Part shown: positions 17,068-27,352 of the stretch, piece by piece | Position numbering within the stretch: the stretch's first letter is position 1 | Layout: each line of letters opens with the position of its first letter | Assembly: GCA_964390265.1 (NCBI GenBank) | Contig: CAYMHI010000001.1 | Span: forward strand, 8,345 to 72,344 | Origin: an uncultured Candidatus Saccharibacteria bacterium | GTDB taxonomy: Bacteria; Patescibacteriota; Saccharimonadia; CAILAD01; BJGX01 | Direction: 5' to 3' | DNA length: 64,000 nt | Notes under the pieces: generated by a model | What the model was told of the DNA's origin: nothing | Database searches by the model: none | Seen by the model: the letters and a program-made list of their open reading frames with translations, nothing else | Translations under genes and position numbers: made by a program

Positions 17068-18414
17068 ATGAGCAATCAACCCATTTCTTTGATTACACTT
17101 GCAGACGATCGACTTGCGAAGCAAAATGCTCGCGAGAAAGTTGCAGTTGGTTACGACCCAGTAACGCGCACTGGTCGCTACGCTGATCAACTTAAGCTGC
17201 TTGGCGAAATACCATATAGAGAACTAGATGCCAAAATAAAACGTGGCGAAAGCCTAACATTCGATGAGGCCTTTGTAGGGATGTGTTATGTGCTCTGCAC
17301 TACTAACGCGCACTTGCGACAGGTATTTGCTCCATTGATTGCCCAGGCATACGCTAGGCCGTATATAGGAGATTTTGAACTTTCGCTAGTAGGCACTGCT
17401 TTCATTTCTTCTATGGCTACCAAAGAAGCACTAACTAGTCTTAGCTGGCAAGAGATTGCAGGCTTTGTGGCTGCTGCTTCTATGGACACAGTTGTAGAAC
17501 TACAGTTTGATGAAGCAGTAGAAACCTGCGGAATGGGTGGCGACCGAGGCTATGCCCGTTTGCGAGGTAAGAAGACTATTAATGTTTCTACCCTAAGTGC
17601 AATAGTGCTTGCTGCCGCGGGTTTGCCAACGCTCAAGCACGGCTCTTATGGCAATACCACAAAAATCGGTAGTACTGAAGCAATTGAGATGTTTGGTGTC
17701 AATCCAAATTACACCTCGACAGATGAAGTGTATGCAAATTTCGCTAAAATTGGATTTTGCTATCTTGATGCTCACTGGTCAAAGACCATTCACGATTTGT
17801 CGCATCTACTTATGATGGAAACCATTAACCACATTGTTGGCCCAATGACTCCGCCAATTAGTCGTCGTACTAGGCTAACAAAACTCATTGGTGTCAACGA
17901 GAAGGTGCACCCCGAAGACATTACAAAGGCGTATGCCGAGCTGCATAGGCGAGGTGTTTACAACGTCGGTGGTGTAGTTGCTGTTTGTGGCCTTTCAGAC
18001 GGCTGGAGCCGGGTACATCACGACAGAGCATTTACCCGTAGATTTGGCATCCTCGACGAACTATCACCGTTTGGTAATATGATCGCCATTAGCTATGAAG
18101 ACCAAATACTGGGGTGTACGTATTTCGATCTAAGGACGTTGTGCGAAGTAGACCCGGATGAAATATTTGTAGAAAACAGCAGAGCCACACTAGAAATCGC
18201 CAACTCTGAGGCCATTTCGGGAGCAAACCCATCATTGGCACGCTACCTGGCAGCAAACGCTGCATTTGGCTACTATGCCTATATGTATTTGGGCAAGGAG
18301 CCCTCTACGCTGCGCGGCCTAGATGCCAATCTGCTTCATTCAGCATATAGTATCTGCCTGCATACAATATCGAGTGGTAAAGCTGTAGAATTTCTTCACT
18401 CTCTAGTACAGTAG
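17068..18414 (+). CDS. trpD: Anthranilate phosphoribosyltransferase-family protein, divergent
   Basis: ETCGMGGD, KTINVST, KHGSYG..T..GS, N.IVGP, LDELSP. Confidence 0.8.
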   Translation: MSNQPISLITLADDRLAKQNAREKVAVGYDPVTRTGRYADQLKLLGEIPYRELDAKIKRGESLTFDEAFVGMCYVLCTTNAHLRQVFAPLIAQAYARPYIGDFELSLVGTAFISSMATKEALTSLSWQEIAGFVAAASMDTVVELQFDEAVETCGMGGDRGYARLRGKKTINVSTLSAIVLAAAGLPTLKHGSYGNTTKIGSTEAIEMFGVNPNYTSTDEVYANFAKIGFCYLDAHWSKTIHDLSHLLMMETINHIVGPMTPPISRRTRLTKLIGVNEKVHPEDITKAYAELHRRGVYNVGGVVAVCGLSDGWSRVHHDRAFTRRFGILDELSPFGNMIAISYEDQILGCTYFDLRTLCEVDPDEIFVENSRATLEIANSEAISGANPSLARYLAANAAFGYYAYMYLGKEPSTLRGLDANLLHSAYSICLHTISSGKAVEFLHSLVQ

Positions 18415-18423
18415 TTGTGTCAT

Positions 18424-18456
18424 AATGGCGACTGTTTTTTAGTCGCCATTTTATTT
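18424..18456 (+). terminator. Intrinsic terminator after trpD-like gene
   Basis: AATGGCGACT/AGTCGCCATT stem followed by T-rich tail. Confidence 0.75.
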
Positions 18457-18468
18457 ATAGTTATTATT

Positions 18469-19296
18469 ATGGAAAAGTTTAAAAAAATATTTAAAAAAGA
18501 TAAAAATGTGATTATTGGTGCACTGCACTTTGATCCTCTTTTGGGCTACAAAGATCACCCAGGCAAGTCTCAACTTGAACAAGATGCCATGGACGACCTT
18601 AATGCATTAATAGTCGGTGGTGTCGACGCAATTATTATTGAGAATAATTATGACTACCCACACAAGGAGAAGATTAGTTTAGAAAATCGCAAATACATGG
18701 TTGGGCTAGGCAAAAAAGTTGCCAGCAATTGCCAACTGCCAATTGGCGTGAGTGTGTTATGGAACGACTACGAGTCGGCATTTTATATCGCCAAAAAGAT
18801 CGGTGCTAAGTTTATTCGTGTACCCGTTTTTGTTGACGATGTAAAAACCAGCTATGGTAGTTTTTTGGCGAATCCCCAAAAAGTAACAAAAACAAGAAGC
18901 GATATGCGTGCGGATGATGTATTGATATTTGCAGATATTCAAGTCAAGCATGCTACCGTTTTACAACCCAGATCTATCGAGGTATCAGCGCAAGCCGCAA
19001 TAAATGCTGGCGCCGATGCAATAATTGTTACCGGAAACTGGACTGGAGAATCACCGGACGTAAGCGACCTCAAAAAAATTCACCACACAGCTAGTCAGTT
19101 TCCTATAATTATCGGCAGTGGTTTAAACGTAAGAAATGCGGTACGTTTACTTGGCTATTGCACCGGTGCGATTGTATCTACCTCTATTAAAGAAGGCAGG
19201 ACAAGGCGAAAAGAAGTTAATCTTAAAAGTTGGCATCAACGTATTAGTCCACAAAAGACTACCCAGCTAATGTTGAAAATAAAAAATCCCACCTAG
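18469..19296 (+). CDS. BtpA/SgcQ family TIM-barrel protein
   Basis: IIG.LH, GGVDAIIIEN..D.P, GVSVLWND, FIRV, ADIQVKHA, ADAIIVTG..TG, GSG. Confidence 0.88.
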   Translation: MEKFKKIFKKDKNVIIGALHFDPLLGYKDHPGKSQLEQDAMDDLNALIVGGVDAIIIENNYDYPHKEKISLENRKYMVGLGKKVASNCQLPIGVSVLWNDYESAFYIAKKIGAKFIRVPVFVDDVKTSYGSFLANPQKVTKTRSDMRADDVLIFADIQVKHATVLQPRSIEVSAQAAINAGADAIIVTGNWTGESPDVSDLKKIHHTASQFPIIIGSGLNVRNAVRLLGYCTGAIVSTSIKEGRTRRKEVNLKSWHQRISPQKTTQLMLKIKNPT

Positions 19297-19317
19297 TTTG
19301 AAACTAGGTGGGCATTG

Positions 19318-19391
<74 letters not shown>

Positions 19392-19618
19392 GAGAGGAAA
19401 ACATCTAAATAGTTCTAGTGTACAGGCGAGTATCGTTGTCAAGTTGGGTTATTTGATGACTACAGACTTGCGCTCTATAGCTCTATTAATGTACGAAAAC
19501 AATTTTATCTTAATGCATACAATTTGTCAAGCATGTTTATGATTGCACAAATAATATTTTGGCTGTATAATCTATTCGACATCAGATCTTCTACGATAAC
19601 TCAAACGGAGGTAGCGCT

Positions 19619-19942
19619 ATGGGATCGGTCGTAATTGAACCTTGCAACAATCCACTTGCCAAGAACTTTGTTGTCGATTTCGTTATTTCAAACCGATGGG
19701 TTGAACATCTGGATAGCATACGTACCGAACACGAAAACGGTGCTGCGAAGTTTGACAGAATTGGTGAAGTTGGAACTAAAATAATCAAAGAGATATTCGC
19801 TTCATATAGCGATGAAAGCAAGCTGCTTTTGTTTATCTATCCCAGAAGGATACTGGTAGTTGTTAGTTTCGAAGAGCAGTGGCCAATGGTTGAAGCGCTG
19901 GTAACACGAGCTCTTGTAAATGGATCTCCTATACAATCTTGA
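19619..19942 (+). CDS. Hypothetical protein, possible Nfu/NifU N-terminal-like domain
   Basis: GGAGG RBS; IEPCNNPLAKNF...IIKEIF...LFIYPRRILV...W resembles the Nfu_N pattern. Confidence 0.5.
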   Translation: MGSVVIEPCNNPLAKNFVVDFVISNRWVEHLDSIRTEHENGAAKFDRIGEVGTKIIKEIFASYSDESKLLLFIYPRRILVVVSFEEQWPMVEALVTRALVNGSPIQS

Positions 19943-20037
19943 GAATTGATTGTGTACTCTAGCTGTTATAGCTAGAGTTTTTTATTGACTTAGGGCGTGA
20001 TTCTAGTATAATCGCCAGTGACTTGCTTATTGGCAAG

Positions 20038-21066
20038 ATGAACCCTGACAAGAAAGGTAATAAAGTGGGAAGCACTGTGCTTTCAGGCATACGCGCAACA
20101 GGCCGGATGCATTTTGGGAATTTCGTAGGTGCAGTAGACAACTTTGTACGCTACCAAGCCAACCCAGAAAATACATGTATGTATTTCGTAGCTGACTTGC
20201 ATACGCTAACAACTCTTGAAGATCCAGAGGAACTTAGAAGAAATTTGGTTGAGATGGTAAAGGACTATTTGGCCGCGGGCCTTGATCCTGACAAATCAAT
20301 CATCTATGCTCAGTCAAGCATTCCAGAAATTCCTGAGTTGATGTTGCTCCTGGGTATGTTTCAACCTTTAGGCGAGCTACAACTAATCCCTACCTACAAA
20401 GATTTGGTGAAGAATAATCCCGACAGGATTACTCATGGCCTACTTTCTTACCCGGTGCTAATGGCGGCTGATATTTTGGGGCCCCAAGCCAACCTTGTCC
20501 CGGTCGGTAGCGACCAAAGTCCAAACGTAGAGCTTGCTCGCGATCTTGCGGTGAGGTTCAATAATCGATTTGGCACAACTTTTGCTGTGCCCGAAATGAT
20601 GAAAGAAATGGTAAAGGTACCTGGGCTGGATGGTCATAAGATGGGGAAGTCTTCCTCAGACAACGCTATCGGTATTGGCGATACTGCAGTAGAAATTCGC
20701 AGTAAATATCTCAAAAGAGGTATTACAGACACCAATAAAGCTCGTAAGAATGACCCTGGAGATCCATATAACGGATGTAAGTCGGTATATGCTGTACATG
20801 AGATGGTGACTGAGGGGGAGCGTGAAACTCGTACCATTGCCAATCTGTGCCGTAGTGGGCAAATTGGCTGCGTAGAATGTAAAAATATGTTGGTTGATGG
20901 TATTGCCGCAATTCTAGAACCATTCCAGCAGCGTAGAGCTGAGCTCGATAATCAGAACGACTACGTAACAGATGTTCTAGTAGAAGGTGGAAATGCTGCA
21001 CGAGCAGTAATTGCCCAAACGGTAGAAGATGTGCGTACAAAAATGGGGATCGTTAGATATGTCTAG
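20038..21066 (+). CDS. trpS: Tryptophan--tRNA ligase
   Basis: SGIRATGRMHFGN, ADLHTLT, YPVLMAADIL, VPVGSDQ, KMGKS; start may be GTG 20065. Confidence 0.95.
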   Translation: MNPDKKGNKVGSTVLSGIRATGRMHFGNFVGAVDNFVRYQANPENTCMYFVADLHTLTTLEDPEELRRNLVEMVKDYLAAGLDPDKSIIYAQSSIPEIPELMLLLGMFQPLGELQLIPTYKDLVKNNPDRITHGLLSYPVLMAADILGPQANLVPVGSDQSPNVELARDLAVRFNNRFGTTFAVPEMMKEMVKVPGLDGHKMGKSSSDNAIGIGDTAVEIRSKYLKRGITDTNKARKNDPGDPYNGCKSVYAVHEMVTEGERETRTIANLCRSGQIGCVECKNMLVDGIAAILEPFQQRRAELDNQNDYVTDVLVEGGNAARAVIAQTVEDVRTKMGIVRYV

Positions 21067-22228
21067 TCAAAACACTGAAATTAATTGGCGTGCCAAACTG
21101 TTACAAACAGGTGCAGATTTAGCCGTACTAGACTCACTACTTGTGGGTATTTATCTAAAAAGAGTTGAAGTTGCTCATAGAGTAATTCAGGCCAAGGTAG
21201 GTATAGCATTACAAGAAGGTGTTCAAGACGAACTTCCTTATGGGCCGCAAATATTCGCGCCCGATAGAGAAGACATGCGTCTAGACGTGGTAGCAGAATT
21301 GGCCAGAACGTATGGAGTTAACCCTAATTTTGCCAGAGCGATGGAGTATTGGTTGATAGATGAGGGCTGCAAGGTGCAGGCTGATTTTTTGCAGACAGGC
21401 AGAGTACGTCTTGAGCCAGCAACTCAAGACGAGATGCGCAGAAATCTCTTAGAGCTCACTGCACAAGTAGCTGATACATACGATGAAAGCTACGACGGTC
21501 TTTATCCGGCGACTCATGAGTACTTGCGCTATGAGAGCGATGTGTTGCATGCTTTGCTGTCTCAATTACCAAGTCGCCATTTGGCACTAGACTTGGGTTG
21601 TGCGACCGCTGGATTCACCCTAAAATACGCCGACAAGTTTGAAGATGTTGTAGCTGTAGATATTAGTCCAGATATGTGCAGAGTAGCTTCCGATAAAGTT
21701 GAGCATGCAGCTTCAAATATCACTGTCATCCAAGGAGATATTGAGTCAGATGCCTTTTGGGATCAGATTGCAAATAACTCTGTGTGTCTAGTGACTATGT
21801 CTTTTGGTACAGCCAGCGATGTAAGCGATATTGGCTACGTCATTCGGCAGATAGATAGAGTGTTACGTCGAGGCGGCAAAGCGTTACTTTCTTTCTACAA
21901 CAGAGATGCATTGGTCTATAGTTTTGACTTTCTACCTTGGCGAGCCTCGTTGGCTGCCGTGTTAGACCCTGGCCTTAAGACGCTGACCGTAAATACCACC
22001 TATGTCTTGTCGGCAAATGCATATTCTCCAGAAGAGATTTACGATATGAGAATGCCAAACTCGATTCACATCAAAACACTAACCACATTTCCGACACTAC
22101 TGCCAGTAGTGCCACCAGAGACGTGTAGTAACCCAGTGGTAGAAGAACGATTCTTGAAACTGGACCTTGAACGTGCTGCTGGAGGCGGCGAAGACGGTGC
22201 ATACATAGTATGTGTATTGTCTAAATAG
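21059..22228 (+). CDS. Chorismate mutase (AroQ-like)-class I SAM methyltransferase fusion
   Basis: N-terminal LD..L...R......K...RE...L...G....F......IDE...Q; C-terminal LDLGCATAG, VDISPDM, GD, RVLRRGG. Confidence 0.75.
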   Translation: MSSQNTEINWRAKLLQTGADLAVLDSLLVGIYLKRVEVAHRVIQAKVGIALQEGVQDELPYGPQIFAPDREDMRLDVVAELARTYGVNPNFARAMEYWLIDEGCKVQADFLQTGRVRLEPATQDEMRRNLLELTAQVADTYDESYDGLYPATHEYLRYESDVLHALLSQLPSRHLALDLGCATAGFTLKYADKFEDVVAVDISPDMCRVASDKVEHAASNITVIQGDIESDAFWDQIANNSVCLVTMSFGTASDVSDIGYVIRQIDRVLRRGGKALLSFYNRDALVYSFDFLPWRASLAAVLDPGLKTLTVNTTYVLSANAYSPEEIYDMRMPNSIHIKTLTTFPTLLPVVPPETCSNPVVEERFLKLDLERAAGGGEDGAYIVCVLSK

Positions 22229-22231
22229 TAT

Positions 22232-22271
22232 AAAAAAATAGCTAGATACAATTTTGTATCTAGCTTTTATT
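22232..22271. terminator. Bidirectional terminator
   Basis: A run-AGCTAGATACA/TGTATCTAGCT-T run between convergent genes. Confidence 0.8.
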
Positions 22272-23006
22272 TTATACATATACCTCTTGAACACTAGATG
22301 CGTAAAAACCTTGGTGTCCTTCGGTAGTGGCGTAGTTTGTGCCATTGATCAAAAAAGGGTGAACCGTTTGACCATCTAGTACAAAGGGCTGAAAGCTACC
22401 CGAAGTAATGGGTATATCTACATCAAGTGGAATTTTACCTCCAAAATGATAAATCTCACGTCGTTTTGGCTTACGTCGTTTATTGTTTAGTAACCCTACG
22501 ACAACTCTATGAACTATATCGACTGCGTGAACTGTTTGCGAGAAATCATAGCTAAACTCCAAGCCAACGCCAGAAGCAATGGCATCGATGGTTGCGCCGG
22601 CATTTTCGGGCATTTTGAAAATATGACTTGCATCTGTATGGTTTAAAATGCGCGCAACTTCTGGAGTATACGTAGATATAATTGGTGCGTAAGTATCTAG
22701 ACTAGACTCTGTAGTATGAATATCTATCATAAATCTAGTATGCATCATTAACTGGGTAATCTGGTGCGCTAGACAATGTTCAGAGTCACCATTAGGGTCT
22801 CCGGGGTAAATTCTATTGAGATTAGAATCTACTTGTCTTAACCCGAGCCTATAGGCCTCTTCATTGCAAAGTATAATGAGTAGCTCGGGATATTTTTCAA
22901 TATCGGCAAAATATCTATCAAATACTCTTTTGCCAAATACTTCATCTCCGTGAGTACAGCAGAGGATTGTAAGGGTTGGGTTGAGTGTGTTTCCTGCAAC
23001 GCGCAT
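22272..23006 (-). CDS. Succinylglutamate desuccinylase/aspartoacylase (M14-like) family protein
   Basis: HGDE..G, N..A, R..D.NLNR.YPG, IDIHTT. Confidence 0.85.
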   Translation of the reverse strand: MRVAGNTLNPTLTILCCTHGDEVFGKRVFDRYFADIEKYPELLIILCNEEAYRLGLRQVDSNLNRIYPGDPNGDSEHCLAHQITQLMMHTRFMIDIHTTESSLDTYAPIISTYTPEVARILNHTDASHIFKMPENAGATIDAIASGVGLEFSYDFSQTVHAVDIVHRVVVGLLNNKRRKPKRREIYHFGGKIPLDVDIPITSGSFQPFVLDGQTVHPFLINGTNYATTEGHQGFYASSVQEVYV

Positions 23007-23109
23007 TACATGTCCTTGTGTTGAGGGCTATGACTGCTCGAGTATAAAATAACCTACTCCTATATGTCAAATTAAGATAATAACTAAAAAGCGTGTTAAA
23101 ATAATACCT

Positions 23110-24519
23110 ATGAAATCAAACGAATTTGAATATTTACTACGCAGCAATACAAGTAAGAAAACAATTGCAACTCGCAAAGACGATTTTGCTCAGTGGTACC
23201 AAGATGTTATAAGCGTTGCCGACTTGGCCGAGAATGGCCCTAGCAAAGGCAGTATGATTATTAAGCCTTATGGATATGCAATTTGGCAAAACATTCAGGC
23301 TGAGCTTGATAAGCGAATTAAAGCAGTGGGCGTTCCGAATATGTATTTTCCGTTGCTTATACCAGATGGTTTATTGCAAAAAGAAGCTAGCCACATTGAG
23401 GGTTTTGCACCCGAGGTTGCAGTTGTAACACACGCTGGCGGTAAAGAGCTAGAAGAAAAACTCATTGTGCGCCCCACTAGCGAAACTATAATGTACGATA
23501 GTTTTTCGCGCTGGATACAAAGTTATCGCGACTTACCACTGCTTACCAATCAATGGGCCAATGTAGTGCGTTGGGAGCTGCGCCCAAGATTATTTTTACG
23601 TAGCACAGAGTTTTTGTGGCAAGAGGGCCACACAGCGCATGCTTCTGCGCAAGAAGCCGATGATTTTGCCAAAAAAATATTAGAGCTCTACAAAGACGTA
23701 GCCGAGAATGTTTTGGCTATTGCTACTGTGGCTGGAGAAAAAACTGAAGCTGAGAGATTTGCAGGTGCAGCCAAAACTTACACCTTAGAGCCAATGATGC
23801 AAGACGGTAAAGCGCTGCAGTTTGCTACCTCGCACAATCTGGGCGATAACTTTGCCAAAGTATTTGATATCAAATATTCTGATGAGAACGGAAATCAAAA
23901 AGCAGTTTGGCAAACAAGTTGGGGTATGAGTACGCGCTCAATTGGCGGTCTAATAATGAGCCATAGCGACGACAAGGGTCTGGTATTACCACCCAATATT
24001 GCGCCTCTAAAAGTTGTTATTACTACAGTTGGGCCATTAGATAATGATGTAGTGAAAAAAGCTAATGCAATTACTGAAGATATTGAACAGACCACTTTGG
24101 TAGATGCGCGCGAAATAAGTCCTGGTGAAAAATTCTATGCTCACGAAAAACGCGGAGTACCAATTAGAGTAGAAATTGGTCCACGCGATATCAAAGAAAA
24201 CCAAGCCATATTGGTGTTAAGAGATACGGGTGAAAAAATTACTGTAGCACTAAGTGATTTAACCAAAGAAGTAACTTCACAACTTGCAGCTATGCAGAAT
24301 CGTTTATTTAGCGCTACTCAAGAAAGGCTCAAACAAAATACTGTCGTAGCCAAAGACGAAGCCGAAGCGATTGAAGCCGTAAAAAATGATAAATTTGCCC
24401 GCGTAAGTTTTAGGGTTGATACTACTACCGAAGAGCGGCTAAAAAAAGATCACGGTATCACGGTACGTTGTTACCCTTTCGATAGTGAGGGTTCAACAAT
24501 TCTTGCCAAGACTTATTAG
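23110..24519 (+). CDS. proS: Proline--tRNA ligase, archaeal/eukaryote type
   Basis: HIEGFAPEV, RPTSET, QWANVVRWE, EFLWQEGHT, C-terminal AKTY. Confidence 0.97.
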   Translation: MKSNEFEYLLRSNTSKKTIATRKDDFAQWYQDVISVADLAENGPSKGSMIIKPYGYAIWQNIQAELDKRIKAVGVPNMYFPLLIPDGLLQKEASHIEGFAPEVAVVTHAGGKELEEKLIVRPTSETIMYDSFSRWIQSYRDLPLLTNQWANVVRWELRPRLFLRSTEFLWQEGHTAHASAQEADDFAKKILELYKDVAENVLAIATVAGEKTEAERFAGAAKTYTLEPMMQDGKALQFATSHNLGDNFAKVFDIKYSDENGNQKAVWQTSWGMSTRSIGGLIMSHSDDKGLVLPPNIAPLKVVITTVGPLDNDVVKKANAITEDIEQTTLVDAREISPGEKFYAHEKRGVPIRVEIGPRDIKENQAILVLRDTGEKITVALSDLTKEVTSQLAAMQNRLFSATQERLKQNTVVAKDEAEAIEAVKNDKFARVSFRVDTTTEERLKKDHGITVRCYPFDSEGSTILAKTY

Positions 24520-24524
24520 TAGCA

Positions 24525-24815
24525 ATGAGTAAGAACTTTATTAAATTAAAAGAAGACTTTGTTTGTGAGAAGTGTGGGCAAAAGGTTGAAGGTACTGGTT
24601 ATACCAACCACTGTCCAAATTGTTTATGGTCGCGTCACGTCGATATACAGCCCGGCGATAGAGCAAGTGAGTGTTGTGGCATGATGCGTCCTAGCCTAGA
24701 ATACGTAAAAGGTAGTGAGTACACACTCAAACATACTTGCGTAAAATGCGGGCACGCAAAGATTAATAAGGCTAGCAAAAACGATGATATTAATAAGATA
24801 ATTGAACTAAAATAG
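24525..24815 (+). CDS. RNHCP domain protein
   Basis: F.C..CG, TNHCPNCLWSRHVD..PGDRA..C.G.M. Confidence 0.9.
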   Translation: MSKNFIKLKEDFVCEKCGQKVEGTGYTNHCPNCLWSRHVDIQPGDRASECCGMMRPSLEYVKGSEYTLKHTCVKCGHAKINKASKNDDINKIIELK

Positions 24816-24837
24816 ACTTTAATTTAACAGGTAAAAC

Positions 24838-26124
24838 ATGAAACACACGGTTGAAATATTACAGCTTAAAGGCGGCAGTAAATTTTTATTAGTAAATGCC
24901 CCCGGCGCCTCGGGTTTTTTGATGAGTACTTTTGTTCGAGGTGGTACCAAGTATACTCCAAAAGACAAATTTGAAATTGCACACCTACTAGAACATTTGG
25001 CCTTTAATGGTACCAGTCAGCTACCAAGCAAAATGGAGTTTGCCTACGAGGTAGAAAAAGACGGCGCCTACACTAATGCCACAACCTCAGACAACACCAT
25101 TAATTATATATATGAATCTTCGATTAAAGAGTATAAGCGCATAGTCGATATTGCCTGTGGTCAGCTAAGCTCGCCTGTTTTTAATCAAAAAGACTTAGAG
25201 AGCGAAAAAGAAGTTATAAAAAGCGAACTTTCGCGCAAACTTACTACAGACAGATCGCGCTGTGGTTATAATGGCGTCTACTTAAAGCTTGCCAAACATT
25301 CTTTACCAATTTCTAAGCGAATAGAAACTCTTCAAAATATTAATCTGCAGGATATTAAGAACTATCACAAAAAATATCATGTACTAAAAAATTTAACAAT
25401 CATTGTAGCAGGAGACTTCACTACTAATTCTAAAAAAGATTTAATAGATAAGCTAAACAACAATTTGGCTAGCATGCCTGTAGGCCTAGAAACGCCCTAT
25501 AAAAATACTATAAATTTGTCGGCAGTAAAAACTATTAGTGTTCAAAAACCTAAGTTTGATGGCCAAACCAACATGAGTTTTGACTTATTGCAGCCCAAGT
25601 ATGATATGTCTGTAGATGCAGCTATGCGGGTATTGAGAATAATGTATGGTGTGGGGGAGTTCTCAAGATTACACGACAAAGCTAGATCGGCTGGGTTGAG
25701 TTATGGAGTTTCGGTAGGTTATAGCCTAACCAAAGAGATAAGTACATTTGGCTTCTCGGATCAAACAGAAGACGCCAAGGCTTTTGCCCTGTATGAACTC
25801 TGCTTGCGCGAGCTCAACGCCATACTTAACGGTAATTTTACTCAAAAAGAATTTGATAGAGCAGTGGGTTTTATTCGTGGTCGTTTTGAACGCAGCTATG
25901 ATAGAGCTGAAGAGTTGGGTTATTACTATGAAGATATTTTTATAGATGGCGATGAGTTAATTGGGCCTGATGAATTTGTGGGCTTAATAAACAAACTCAA
26001 ACCAGCCGACATTGTGGCACTAAATAAAACCTTTGTTAAAAAAGGAAGCTGGATACTTTCGCTAGTTGGTAACAACATTAATAAGTCGGCTTATAAAAAA
26101 GTAACTGAAAAATATTTTGGTTGA
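24838..26124 (+). CDS. M16 family zinc peptidase
   Basis: AHLLEHLAF (HXXEH), NATT, EKEVI..E, SRL...R..GLSY. Confidence 0.9.
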   Translation: MKHTVEILQLKGGSKFLLVNAPGASGFLMSTFVRGGTKYTPKDKFEIAHLLEHLAFNGTSQLPSKMEFAYEVEKDGAYTNATTSDNTINYIYESSIKEYKRIVDIACGQLSSPVFNQKDLESEKEVIKSELSRKLTTDRSRCGYNGVYLKLAKHSLPISKRIETLQNINLQDIKNYHKKYHVLKNLTIIVAGDFTTNSKKDLIDKLNNNLASMPVGLETPYKNTINLSAVKTISVQKPKFDGQTNMSFDLLQPKYDMSVDAAMRVLRIMYGVGEFSRLHDKARSAGLSYGVSVGYSLTKEISTFGFSDQTEDAKAFALYELCLRELNAILNGNFTQKEFDRAVGFIRGRFERSYDRAEELGYYYEDIFIDGDELIGPDEFVGLINKLKPADIVALNKTFVKKGSWILSLVGNNINKSAYKKVTEKYFG

Positions 26125-26186
26125 ACAATATTTGAACAAATAGAAATTTCACATTTAAGCTTATTCAATCTATAATAAAGTTAACA

Positions 26187-27344
26187 ATGAAAGCTACAAA
26201 CAATATAAAACATGCAAGCGACCCATTTACCTATCAGTCCCTTGCTAAACTAAACTATAAAACTCCGTTTCTTATTATCGATACTGATAGACTGGCAAAA
26301 CGGTACAAGGAGTTTAATACATATTTAAAGAGAGTGAATTTGCACTATGCTGTTAAGTGCAACCCAGATATTGGTGTACTCAAGAAACTTAATGATTTGG
26401 GGTCGGGGTTTGAAGTTGCGTCTTACAATGAGTGTAGTGCGCTCGAAAATATTGGAGTAAATACTTCAAAAATAATTTATAGTGCACCAGTAAAACCAGC
26501 TGACGATATTAAAAAGGCGTACAAAGCCGGCGTGAGTAGATTTGCAGTTGATTGCTTTAGCGAAGTAGAAAAAGTGGCAAAAAATGCTCCTGGCTCAAAA
26601 GTATATGTGCGTGTTGCTGTGAGTGATTTAGGCTCTAAATGGCCACTTTCACAAAAATTTGGGGCTCCGCCACGCGAGGTAATTGAACTAATGGAGTATG
26701 CTAAGTCGCTGTGTTTACAAACGTATGGACTTACCTTTCATATCGGTTCACAATCTACCGAAACCAATAGCTGGGATTTTGCTCTTCAAACCATTGGAAA
26801 CTTAATGGATGAGCTTACTCAAAAGGGAATCAAAATAGAAATGGTTGATATCGGTGGTGGTTTCCCTGCCAAATATACCGAAGACGTACCAGAGCTTGAC
26901 GAAATTTCGTTGGTTATTAAAAAAGCTATTAAAAAACACTTACCATACGAAGTTAAGATTATTGCAGAACCAGGGCGCGGCTTGGTAGCCGAAGCTGGCT
27001 TAATTGTGTCTTCAGTATTGAGCCGGACTATAAGAGGCAATAAAAACTGGCTTTATTTAGATATTGGCGCTTACAATGGTCTGATAGAAACCACTTCAAC
27101 CCAGGGATCACTCGTTTACCCCATTAGATCATCAAAAGATAACTCTAAGGATGGTAAGTCTAAACTGAGTTATGTAATTACGGGTCCTACTTGTGATAGT
27201 CTCGACACTATGTTTGGAGGTGTACAGCTTGCAAAAAACCTCGCAATAGACGACCATATATATATTGGCTCAGCGGGTGCTTACACGTTGAGCTACGCAT
27301 CTTCATTTAATGGTTTTAAGCCACCAAAAGTCTACTATGTTTAA
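26187..27344 (+). CDS. Ornithine/lysine decarboxylase, fold-type III PLP
   Basis: YAVKCN, FHIGSQ, DIGGGF, EPGR, GPTCDSLD, GAY. Confidence 0.93.
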   Translation: MKATNNIKHASDPFTYQSLAKLNYKTPFLIIDTDRLAKRYKEFNTYLKRVNLHYAVKCNPDIGVLKKLNDLGSGFEVASYNECSALENIGVNTSKIIYSAPVKPADDIKKAYKAGVSRFAVDCFSEVEKVAKNAPGSKVYVRVAVSDLGSKWPLSQKFGAPPREVIELMEYAKSLCLQTYGLTFHIGSQSTETNSWDFALQTIGNLMDELTQKGIKIEMVDIGGGFPAKYTEDVPELDEISLVIKKAIKKHLPYEVKIIAEPGRGLVAEAGLIVSSVLSRTIRGNKNWLYLDIGAYNGLIETTSTQGSLVYPIRSSKDNSKDGKSKLSYVITGPTCDSLDTMFGGVQLAKNLAIDDHIYIGSAGAYTLSYASSFNGFKPPKVYYV

Positions 27345-27352
27345 GGAGTGTC

